Below, piece by piece: positions 38,854 through 50,000 of a stretch of 64,000 bases of DNA (within the stretch, counting starts at the first letter, position 1; each line of letters begins with the position of its first letter). This DNA is from Tricharina praecox. Its lineage: Eukaryota. Where the stretch lies: contig NW_026250403.1 in assembly GCF_024521635.1 (NCBI RefSeq), positions 1,984,001 to 2,048,000 on the forward strand. Direction: 5' to 3'. Made by a program: the position numbers and the translations under genes. The notes beneath the pieces are model-generated. The model searched no databases. It saw only the letters and a list, made by a program, of their open reading frames with translations, and had not been told where the DNA came from.

Positions 38854-40425
38854 ATGACGACACTCTCGACAATAACCGCGTTGGCGACGGCGGCAGCGAC
38901 AGCAACGATATCAACATCTGATGCCGCCAAAAAGGCTGCGTTGGAAGCGGCCCTGGCCGCAGGACACAAGGCTGCGATCGACCTCCGGATCGAAGCCTGG
39001 ATATTGCTCGCTGTGGCGTGGGTCTTCATCATCTTCAGGACCATTGGGCGTTTCATCTCCGTGCCGATATCAAAGTTCGAGATCGACGATTATCTGATGT
39101 TATTTGCGGGAGTGAGTTTTGCGCGCACCCAAAAACACACACAGCTGTTTCACTATCCGATGCTTGTTCTGACAGCAGTATGTTTAGCTTGTATATACGA
39201 CGGAAACAACACAGATCCATTTCATTGCGGGATTGGGCGGATCCAACAACATGCCCCCCGAGATACGAGCCAGCAGGAATCCCGAGCAGATCGCGGACCA
39301 CGTCACTGCTTCGAAGCTGTTCATCTCCGGATGGGTGGAGTACGGTTTAACCGTGTGGTTGATGAAGACCTGTATGTTCCCGCCCGATTCAATCATGCAT
39401 GCCCTTTTCCAATCACTGGAACTGACCGGTGCCTACTTTGTCCCTAGGCATGTGCTTCTTCTTCAAGCGCCTGTTTCAAGGCTTGACGGACGCGCAAAGG
39501 AAAGTCCGCATCGCCCTCTGGATGGTGTGCATCACGTATGTGATCGTTTTCATCACCACCATGTGCGAGTGCGTTCCTTTCCATAAGAACTGGCAGGTCG
39601 TTCCGGATCCAGGGTGTAAGTTGTCCCTCAATATCCCGACCTCTTGAAATGGCCTATCCTTTATTGACTTGAGTCTCTTCCGAAGCGAGTTGTACCCAAG
39701 GACTTGCCAAGCATATCGTCATCTTGATCCTCAACGTTGCGACGGACGTCTACCTCATCAGCATCCCGCTTCCAATCTTCATCCAATCCACCATGCCTTT
39801 CCACAGGAAAGTCATCATCACGCTCCTTTTCGGAGCCGGAATCTTCGTGACGGTCGCCGCCATCCTCAGATCCGCGTTCGTCTTCCAGGATTTGTATTCC
39901 AGCACCCTCATGGCCCAATGGGCAGTCCGAGAGAGTTGCGTTGGCTTCCTCGTCAACAATGCGCCCATGATGATGCCCGTCTTCGTCCAGCTCCGCCGGT
40001 TCTTCTTTGGCGATGCGAAGCCGAGCCCCTTCTCGACGAAGGATGTCATCAACTCGATCTATTCGCGCTCCGGAAACAGCGCTGCGAAGCGCAAGAAGCA
40101 GCAGAAGGACCAGTTCATGTCCACGATCGGCGACGCCGATGAGGAAATCTCGCTCGACGAGAACCCCAAGTCGCGCCACGGTCACCACAAGAGCGAATCC
40201 GCCGAGTCGATAAATCCGGGCATCCGAGTGGATGTGGAGGTTCAGCTGCAATATAACGAGCTCCAAGCCGAGCAAGAGGTCAAGAACAACTCGAAAAAAA
40301 GGAGGGAGATGGAGAGAATGACGAGTGGTCATTTAGCTGGGAAGGACAAGGGAAACTACGTGGCCACCATCGGCGGCCCGCCGAGCCGAGATAATAGATT
40401 CGGGGGGTCACCTTCCGGATCGTGA
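38854..40425 (+). CDS. PTH11-like (fungal rhodopsin-domain) integral membrane protein without CFEM; 4 exons (38854-39111, 39188-39371, 39448-39615, 39686-40425), 449 aa
   Basis: Motifs RIEAWILLAVAWVFIIFRTIGR...DDYLM, VWLMKTCMCFFFKRL, CVPFHKNWQVVPDPGSSC, LNVATDVYLISIPLP, RKVIITLLFGAGIFVTVAAILR and WAVRESCVGFLVNNAP. About 7 hydrophobic segments; junctions in frame. Confidence 0.9.
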
Positions 40426-42018
40426 TTGCTGGGCAGATGATTGTTGTTTAATGTGTTTCGGCTGCGTATTTTGTTCGTTTTTTTGGTTTATCGGTCGCAT
40501 TCCGTTGATACCCGGGGGTTCTTTTAAAGCCATTTCTTTTTCCTGATAGAGGTTTTTCTTTATGGTCCTAATTCTTAGGGCACAGTACGGCTGGGGGGAT
40601 GTGAATATGTGAGCATACCTAGATGAACTATGCATGTAAATAAATGCAATTTTATTGAAGACATCTTTCGTATTACAATAGCTGGTTGAGTAGGCCCACC
40701 GATTATCGACGTCCTAGAAGGTACCGCGCAGGTCGGAGATGTTGGAGAGTCGAGGCAACCGAGGTAGCTTGCTGCTGCCGTTCCATGGCTACTAGCTACG
40801 CGGCTGTGTATTCTCATTCGCGGTTCCGGATCGTATACCAAAGCGACTTACGTGAACTACCTGTTGCTACATGTATGTACCATCGATCATAGCACAGCCT
40901 GTCACTCTGCTTCAATAGCCAGCGGCCTGTGGCTCCGTGCACCATTCAGTGGTAATAGTAATCGTGAAGACGGAATAGAAGGGGTACACGGGTGACGATT
41001 CTTTTTGTTTCTTTTCTTAATTCATGATTTTGCACTCGTCTGTTTTTATATCATGATTCATGACGAGCGGCAACATCCCATCTACTAGCAGTCCCGCTCA
41101 TCCATTTCGTCCAAGCCACTGGTGACATTAGGTCAGCCGAAGCGCCGATGTCCCCACCGAAGTGAATGTGACATAAGTGAGCGGAAAGAAAAGTGGTATG
41201 TACTCGCCTTTTTCCTCATAGTCTTCCACGTCGTTTCTATACTGATCGATATTGGAGAGGGGAATAAATTCCCACCGGGTCAGGTCATGTGCATTTAGAA
41301 TGTCATTAACGGTCTGTGGGAATGAGAGTGTGGTATGGCCCACTATCCGTTTTGTCAAGATTAGACGTCCGGAAGGCTCTAGAAGACTCACGATCCCAAT
41401 GGCTCCACCTAATCACGCGGCGCGGACCGTGCTCGTCTCACAAGCCGAAGGACCTGAGTATCTCCTACGTAAGAGTATTCTGCCTTGGACGAGACGAACG
41501 TGTATATAGAGGGCCTCTCTGGTCCGACGAGAAGTAGAGAATCAACCGAACATTGTGTATCTATCTATCCATCCCTATCTCTATCTTCTATATTCTTGAT
41601 ATGTATGGTATAAGTACGGTCAAAGTTACGTATTTTGACCGTACTGATACGGAAAAAAGCGTATCTCCCCCCCCCCCTCCTTCACTATACAGTAATTAGG
41701 GTCTTAACCCCCCCAAATGTGGACGAGTGATGGAGGAGCTGTCGGCTAAAATCCGGGTCGAGCAAGCGGGCAGGAGAGAGATCACGTGGGGAGGAGAGAG
41801 ACTTATATAGGTTCCGTGGGTTTTCTTCTTCTTTCTTGGTCATCATCTGTCGAATACCTAGACGGTCAACCCCCCCATCCACTCTCTCGTCTGTATGTCC
41901 TCCCCCATCATTCAACCACTCTGGAGCCCGGTACTCAGAACGCGCATCTAACCACCTGGAAGACCTTCGCTTCAGATTCGAGACTCCGCCACTACCAAAC
42001 ACCTCCGACAATAAAACC

Positions 42019-42861
42019 ATGTCGTTCGCCACCACCCCCGCAGCGAAGGACACCAAGTTGCAGATTGCGGGCATCAAGAAGTTCGACGGTAATAACTACG
42101 AGCGGTGGATCTTCGATGTCAAGCTCGTTCTCCAGTACAACATGGCCTGGAACATCACCATCGGCATTGAGACCGAACCCGATGGACGGCCTATTTTACT
42201 ATCGGCGCCTGCCTTTGAGGATGAAAAGACTGCCAACGTCCTATCGAGCACGCCAACGGCGGAATGGCTTTCATGGTTAAACCACAAGGACTTTGAAAAG
42301 TCTACAATCACGATGGCTATGGAGCGCCATTTCTAGATGAAGTTCAAGGCCTACGAAGAGCCGCATGAGCTGTGGGAAACGATCAAGATAGACCAGGCCG
42401 CCAAGATGGGGAACAATGCCTACGAGATTCGTAATGAGCTCAACGAAATACGCCTCTCGGATGTGGGAAGTGTGCGAGTCTACGCACAGCAGATCCAGCA
42501 TGATGTGGGCCGATTCAATCTCCTCGCAAAGGAAGAGAATGAAAATATTTCGAATTAAGAGCACTCATTTTACCTACTACGCGGGATCGATGCGGAGGCT
42601 CCTGATTGAAAACGTACTGTTAAGCAGATCCAGGAGCTGTTTATATTAGAATCTTTGGATAGAAAGCCCAACGAGGTTCTACGCATGTTGCTCGTCCGAG
42701 AGACCGAGGTGCAGAAGAAGCTCCAGATTCCTGCAGGTAAGTCCGTTTACAACAAGGGCAACAAAAGACCGAGGCACGGTCACACCACGTGGAACAATAA
42801 GAAGTGCACATACTGTCATCAGGATGGCCATGACGTGTCTGAGTGCTTCCGTCAGAAGTGA
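42019..42861 (+). pseudogene. Inactivated Ty1/copia-type gag with CCHC zinc knuckle (LTR retrotransposon relic)
   Basis: One frame runs from ATG 42019, with KFDGNNYERWIFDVKLVL, PHELWETIK and CTYCHQDGHDVSEC (CX2CX4HX4C). It is interrupted by TAG 42334, TAA 42556 and TGA 42607, with no frameshift. No pol ORF follows. Confidence 0.78.
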
Positions 42862-43257
42862 GGTCACCCCCCGGGTTACAACCATCAGGCTTGAAACGGA
42901 TGAGATGATCGGATTTGGACGGCTGCTGGCTAAGATAGTGGGGGGATGCTTTCAAGACACGAGGAACCTAAAAATCAAAGACGACTCGTTCACCATAGGT
43001 ATTCTCTTCCCCTTCTCTTCTTCCCTTCCAGCAGTACTAACCCAACCTTCCCATCAGCATACAACCCATATATCTAAGTCACAACTGTCTGCTTTTTCGT
43101 CCTCTTCATAATTGTGCCCTCACTTCAAACTACGAAATTTTGAAGAGATGATCACAAGTTTTCTTGACGCTTCTTTGAGTGCTTTTGCCTTTGTAGTGCC
43201 ATGTGACCGAGTATCCTGTAGCTCCGTTCTCCAGCCGGGACTGATACCTCCAACGAG

Positions 43258-43741
43258 AGAGAGAGAGATAGAGAGAGATCTTCCTGTTTTATTTCGCATG
43301 CAGCCTATCTAGACTATGGCGAACCAACGAACTCCTTTTTCTGCCCGTCTTGGCCAGTCGAGGTGAAAGCCCCGGTACCGGCCAGTCCGATGCGGCGCCC
43401 CACTTCCCCTGCCCATTCGCCTCGGGCCGGCACAAGCAAAAGTAGAAGGCAGGTTGACAGTAAAGACCGGTATGGGCCTATATGCCCGCTCCTCCTGCTA
43501 CCCCCTCGCTTCCCTCCCCGTCTTCCGCCTTTCCGCTCTATGAAGATATCACCGCATATTCTCATCTCCTACTTCCTCGCACCGACCACAGACACAGTAC
43601 CCTGCTGGGCACTCTTGCTCTGCCCCCGATGCGATGCTTGCCTCCTCCTCATCCTCCTCCTCCAGGTCTGGTGGAGCTTTCCTCCCCACATCTGTCGTTC
43701 CTAGAAACTCTAAGATTGCCTCGCTGCACCGCTCATCGGCG
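43258..43741 (-). mobile_element. 5'-truncated LINE (non-LTR retrotransposon) 3' end, tail type A
   Basis: The minus strand encodes ADERCSEAILEFLGTTDVGRK, paralogous to the C-terminus in 43864-44781. A 3' UTR follows, ending TCTAGATAGGCTGCATGCGAAATAAAACAGGAAGATC(TC)n. Confidence 0.8.
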
Positions 43742-43753
43742 ACTTCCAACGAG

Positions 43754-43791
43754 TGCTTTGTTCATTCATTGATTGCATGCGACCTACCTAG
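43754..43791 (-). mobile_element. 38-bp LINE 3' stub, tail type B
   Basis: TTGATTGCATGCGACCTACCTAGA matches the tail of the long fragment (TTGATTGCATGCGACCTATCTAGA, ~43889-43912). Bounded by ACTTCCAACG repeats. Confidence 0.7.
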
Positions 43792-43803
43792 ACTTCCAAC
43801 GGG

Positions 43804-43851
43804 AGAGAGGGAGAGATCTTCCTGTATTATTTCGCATGCAGCCTATCTAAG
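43804..43851 (-). mobile_element. 48-bp LINE 3' stub, tail type A
   Basis: GAGAGATCTTCCTGTATTATTTCGCATGCAGCCTATCTAA is a near copy of the tail at ~43273-43312. Bounded by the 12-bp repeats. Confidence 0.75.
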
Positions 43852-43863
43852 ACTTCTAACGAG

Positions 43864-44781
43864 TTCTTCTTTTTTTTTTGCTCAGTCGTTGATTGCATGC
43901 GACCTATCTAGATCATGGTAATATCATCTACACGTGCACCCCCCTCCCCCCCAGTTTCCACGCCACTGTCCAACCCAGCTTTCGTCAGGCGGCCCGATGG
44001 GGCTTCCCCTACCCTCCGCCCCGGCCGTTCCCAAAGATATGTCTCCGCCGTTCGCACTCGCACACGCGCCCTCGAGTCGTCCGCGCACCCGCACTCATCC
44101 CCGCGCCCTCGAGTCGTCCGCGCACCCGCACTCATCCCCGCGCCCTCGCACTCACTCCCGCGCCCTCGAGTCTTCCCACCTCTACCGCAACTTTCTAGTC
44201 CGCTATTCTGCGTCGCTGAGATCCTCAGCCTCAGCGCCCTCCTCCCCCCCGTCTTCGGCACCCTCCTCCGCCTCCTCGAGTCGCCTCAGCTCCGCTCTCT
44301 CTTCCCGCTCCCTGAGCTTCCACTCGGATGCCTCACTTACTGCATCTTCCTCATCGGCCTCTGGCATTCGTCTGCCCATATCGGTGGTAGAGAGGAACTC
44401 TAGGATGGCCTTGCTGCATCGCTCGTCTGCGAAGAGGTCCCGTATTTTGAAGCGGTCTTTGCCCCTCCTTGTCTGCCTCCGAACTTCTGCCCAGAGTGTC
44501 TTTTGCTGGCTTTTCCATTCAGGGCAGTTTTTGAAGAGGTGCTCCCGAGTCTGTGTCTTGCAGCGGCACTAGCTGCAGCGGGCATCCGGGCGGCTTTTGG
44601 TCCACTGGAGGTACTGGCCGGTGAGGCAGTGTCCTGTCTTGAGTTGGTAGAATCTCGAGGCGAGGCGCTTGGGGGCCGTCTCCGGATTTAGGTCAGGACG
44701 CTGGCCGGATTTCCGACTGTACCGATACTTCTTAGGAGTGATTCGGTTGTCCGCCCATCCTTGGCTTCTCTCCACTTGGCG
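43864..44781 (-). mobile_element. 5'-truncated LINE 3' end (ORF2 C-terminal Cys/His region + 3' UTR), tail type B
   Basis: The minus strand reads KRLASRFYQLKTGHCLTGQYLQWTKSRPDARCS*CRCKTQTREHLFKNCPEWK...RFKIRDLFADERCSKAILEFLSTTDMGRR. This is the zinc-finger-like C-terminus typical of fungal LINE ORF2. The 3' UTR contains a ~38-bp tandem repeat (~44065-44175). Confidence 0.88.
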
Positions 44782-47037
44782 ACTTCCAATGAGTTCTGTC
44801 AGCTCTCCTAAAACGCATAATCTTTCGAGTGAGAGATTATGATAGATCGCGGGGGGAAAAAAGTAATTTCGAGCCTCCCTGATGCCAGCGCGACATCTAT
44901 GCGCATAATGGACGCATTGTGGCAGATCTTCTAGATTTACGGCCGCATAAGAGCATATGCCCGAAGGGAGCGGCACGGTCAACTCCGTGGCTCAGTTGAA
45001 TGAACGAAACGTAAGCCCGTGTCTCGCGAGCGTGTCACCAATGAAGCGAGCGCCTTCCACGTGACCTACGGCAAAAGCACTCATGCTTTAGTTTCTTGGC
45101 GAGAACGCCGACGAAAGCTTTCCTTCGATCCTTCTACCACTCCACTGCTATCGCCGTCGCCGGCATATCCAGAAATTGAAAATGACAGGCTGGCCGATTG
45201 CCGCTCCCAAACCTCAAACTTCGTTGTCACCACTACCTACAGCGGGCAACATGACAGCAGAACAAAATATGATGGCGTGGTGCTGCAAGTACACTACATG
45301 CTTAATGTACTCGTTTCGCATTCAGAGCACCCAAAAAGCAAATGCTTGGAGCTGACGATTCGGCCTTACTGATCCAGCACTCACTTACGACCACCGGATC
45401 TATACTAGTTGGAGAACAGCACATACTGATCCATTTATCGACGGCAAGTAACTAAGCTCCACCCCTAACCTAGACGAATTGCTTGTTTTTCGAGCGAGAA
45501 GCAATGTCCAGACGCATCCATTCGCACGCCGACGGTCCATCTATAATCACTCGTTCCACAGATGTCACGGATAGCTCTGTCGGATTTCACTTGACCAACA
45601 CCAAATCCATTCAACTCCCCTCGTCTCCTATCGTCCAGACCAAAGAGAAAGGCGGCGCTGGAGCCCCCGGTTTTCCATTGGACGCGCGCCGCGATCAGTG
45701 TGTTCAGGATTGCCCGGGACTGTCCAGGAGAGCAACAAGAGAGCAACAAGAGAATGGGATGCCCATCCCCTGCGTTCCAGTTACCCCTCCGAATGCCTAG
45801 TCAGTTGCCCCGTGCGGACATGCTTTTTTTTAAGACCATACTGGGATATCCCTGGTTGCGGTTGATAGCAATATGGGCCCCCCAAGCCTTGGTTAACTTT
45901 CGAGCGGCCCAATGTTTGGCCTCTGTTATGCGCGGGAGACGCCCGGCATCATAATTACCTGCGATCGGGATTGCGCCCTGGGGACGGCACTGCTGCAGGG
46001 CAAGGTTCGATCCCAGCAACCTGGTGCTCGGGGGTCGCTCAACGTCGCCATCTCGTTGGCGAAGGAAAGCGTGTGAGTTGCTCAAGCACCGATGAGGTTT
46101 CTCCGGATCGATACTAGCCATAATCAGAGAGTCAATGCCAGCGCATGCATCGGCGAGATGTAGAGATGTTGGTGGCTGAAGGGTAGCCAACGTCGCGGCG
46201 GGGGTTCCTCTCTCAGCTTGTATCGAGGGTGGGGCCCGACTTTACCGCCGACTCTGGTAAATAAACCGAAGGTGGCTATCGGATATGTGATTCGACTGAG
46301 CGGTCCGTCGGCACGTGCAAAAAATGACAATGTGACTCTGCCCCGCACTCGTCAGACGTCCCATGACAGCTCCGTGGCCGGCGAATCGACAAGCACCCCG
46401 CCGTGCAGGCTGTTGGAACGGTGCTCCAGCCGGCTTCACCGGTGCTGAATAAGAGTTAGATCGAGAGCGACACGGTAGAACGGTGTGGGCTTTCGTGAAA
46501 CATGTGTACACTGTTTTAAGCAGGTCGAGCCAGTCCGGCGCGCATCGACTGCCCGCCGGAGGGAAGACGTCGCTGCATTTCGGTCTGCTGAGGTTAGGCT
46601 CGTTGCATCGAACGGAAACGGAAAATTTTCGGCTGGGAACATGCCTCATATGTACCGTCTTGCTTCCACGCAGCGGATGCATTTGCCGAGGGGGTGTCGA
46701 CGGCGCGGGAGTGGGTATAAAGCACTCACTACCCCCCTGGGGGAGACATTCACCAGTCGCCCCAGTCCACTCGTTCCGATTTCCCCTCACCACACCAGGA
46801 AACGTGACCTAGACACCATGCGGACTGCCGATCTCGGGAAAAGGCTTGGTGCGATTCTGCAGGGGTCTGGTGGAGCGGTCTTTCGGGGGGGAACAGCTTC
46901 GCTCTAAGACATGCAGAGGTATAACATCACACACACGCGCACACGGACGGACGCAGCACAGAAGCTGCCCCTGGCGATAAGCCGGAGACACAGACAGACA
47001 AGACACTACCTGCTACACATACACTGACACACGACAC

Positions 47038-47038
47038 T

Positions 47039-47096
<58 letters not shown>
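47038..47096. repeat. (GCCT)n microsatellite, ~14 units
   Basis: Read directly. Confidence 0.95.
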
Positions 47097-47097
<1 letters not shown>

Positions 47098-50000
47098 GAG
47101 ACGGATCGCTCACTCGCTCGCTGCGCCGCAGCAGCCGCAGCTCAATGGGAGGCTTCCAAGTGGCCGCCTGCCACAGGTACAGCCACAAGGGACAGGAATG
47201 CGTTGTTGGCCTGGCTGTCATATGGCCCCTTGGGCCCTTTCCTGTGGCTATCCGACTCGATTGCGGTTACCCTCCTGCAACCCATGACACGACAGCTCTC
47301 CCGTGGTCGGGTTTGAAATGTCAATGTCTTCGCCGTTGTCTCCCTCGACATCCCTCGAGGCCAGATACATTCCATCTCCGCATCCTCGATGACTACCGAT
47401 GGCCAGTATGCACCCGAATCCTGGAGCCGTGATGAGCATGAGGTGACCGTCCCGAGCCCGAGTTGTTTTACTTACCATGCGAAGCCTATCGCCCGCAGCT
47501 GTCCCATCGCATGCATTGATAGGAGCCAAGCCTTCCCAGCGCCGCTCTCTTATTGGTCGGGGAATACGGCAAGTCATGGTTGCGAGAACGACATCAGAGT
47601 GGATTCGGAAATTGCGAGTGAGTGCTTCTGGGTAGAGTATCAGCATTCACCGTATGTCATTTATCGAGAGATGCAAGGCTGACGGTGAATGACGCAAGAT
47701 CGCAATCAAACGGTGGAGACAGTGCGTTCGGTCGGCCGCCCGCCCACCCCCGATCGAATCTACCACCCCGTCAGCTATCTCGCCTACAGCTGGCCTGCAG
47801 CCTCACGCTTGCTGGTGGAGCTGTTTCCTGGCGTGGATCAAACATATGCGAGAAAGCTTCGACGGATAAAAACAGCGCCGCTAGTCAACATCCGCAACAC
47901 CCAGAATTTCCGATTTCTTCGGGAGCACACGGGACACCAATCACACCTCCTCTTGACGCGTGACGAGTCCAAAAATCGGTGCGAATTCGAGTGGTCGCAC
48001 CTGGGGTTTTTATTCTAAATCGTCGAAACTTTGCAACGGTTCGACGATCTCCATCCCGCACTTGTTTCATGGGTGTTTCGTGCAACTGTGCGCGCCCGGA
48101 ATATTAAGAAATTCCCTCAATTGCATAAACTTGCTTTCGACTGGAGAGCGAGGTTTCGATGTGGACGGAAGCAGGAGCGCGCAACACGAGTTAGCCATGG
48201 GGGCACAGTCTCGTGATGATAGGTGGGCGGGTGGAGTGGAGCTCAACTGCGGGGTCCGACAACCTTCATAGGGCCCACAAGACAAGTAACTCACGCACCA
48301 ACCACGATTATACTTCAGCCAGAGCGAGGGGTGACGGACGATCCGCCGGACGTATTCGCCACTCCAGATTTTGTTCCAGAGCAGCACTTACACGTAGATG
48401 CTCAACCCTGGACGGGATATGGAACAGCGAGACTTGTTTCGCAACATGCAGGTTCTATCCTTCGTGAACTGTCCAAGCATTAAGGGTCCTCACATTCGGA
48501 TCGCGGGAATAGAAGCAATGGCATCGCCTATCACTCTTCACGGTGATCGCCAGGGGTCCTCGGAAATGGCCTCCCGTCTTCCTTTCACGGGTGGAATTCG
48601 GGATACGTATCATCATCTGCGTTCTGGTTGGCCGCTCGAGGGTACGTCGCATTATCAAACCACTTTTCAAGTTCCCAATATCGAACTTACGACTAACCTA
48701 CTACAGCAAGGATTACACTGACTGTCGCTCCCAATCCCCAATCATTGCCATTACACAATGGCTCGACATCTTCGATTGAATCGCAGAGAGAGCGAGAATG
48801 GAATCCCCAAAAATCGACTGGCCCAGTCGATTGAGACGGGGTAACCGGTTGATACAGTCGCATCCCATTCGCCACTGCTGGGATATCCTCTGCGGACTTT
48901 ATCATCGCAACTCTCAATGCAGCCCGGAACCGATTGGGACACATACCGTTGTACTCTCAGGCCCACCTATCGCAGCAAAGCCGAAAAGACGTCGCCACCG
49001 GTTCTGCGAAAGGGTCTTTTAGCGAGGGAAGAACATCTGTCACAGAAACCGCCAGACAGTCTGCCAGCGCAATCACGACTGGACACTCACCGAAGTACTC
49101 CGGATCCGTGTCGGATGGCCCGTCGTCATCAAGTTCTGGATGGACGGGGGGAGGCCGAGACGGACAGGCTACCAGGACTGCGTGATCAATACCCTGCGGT
49201 GCCGTTTGCCACTTGGATTTATATCCAGCTTCGGACGGAATACCACTGGCTCGTAGGACGACATCCATACGTGTCTGGAGAAGGACGGATGGAGCGATCC
49301 AAGCGGCGATCAAGATAGTCGTGGACCAAGGCTCTTCCTCGCAGTGGAGAGATATCGGGGTCGCAACCCATCACCGGTGCGTGAGCATTGTCTACGTGTA
49401 AACCTCAGACGACGGACGGAAATACCGGTAGAAGCCGTGGCAAAGTCTGGGAAGAGGACACGGCGGCGATACTTCAGCTTTTGCGCTTGCAAACCCCATC
49501 TGATCCTGGCATGGTCGTGTCTACATGCATGTACATCCAAATTCTCCAGGTGGCCAAGTAACCGCATGGAAATGGATGGTCGAGATGCTCCGTTATCACC
49601 GTCTGGCTGCCGAACATTCCTAGGGAAGAAAATGGGCCCACAGACGAACAATGCATCAATTGGTGCATAATGAGGTGTACATGCTTTGCGGCTTCAATAC
49701 GACAAAGTTCACCGGGGAGGAGATACGAATATTTGCATATTTTTGGGACACAATGCATTGATGATTCGTGGTGACTCTGAGAAACCGACGACGACGACGA
49801 CAAACCGAACTCTACGGAAGGACAACTGTCGGGACGGGATGTCGGTCGGTTGTGCGCTCGTGCGTCTGGGGGGGTCGAGAACTGGTGAGCTGGACTCCCG
49901 ATGCAGCATCTGGAAGCAGGAATATTATTCCACCGTTTGCTCTGCGGAAATTCGATTTTCTCCGACAGACACACTGGCCTCCGATGTGCATGCTCCTACG

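Noticed and set aside
43246-44793. True CRISPR array
   Set aside because: Eukaryotic context, 12-bp repeats, inserts of very unequal length that are LINE ends, and no cas genes. The resemblance is architectural only.
45955-46025. GGTTCGATCCC, like a tRNA T-loop/B-box
   Set aside because: The T-stem does not pair, and no acceptor stem or A-box is at the right spacing.
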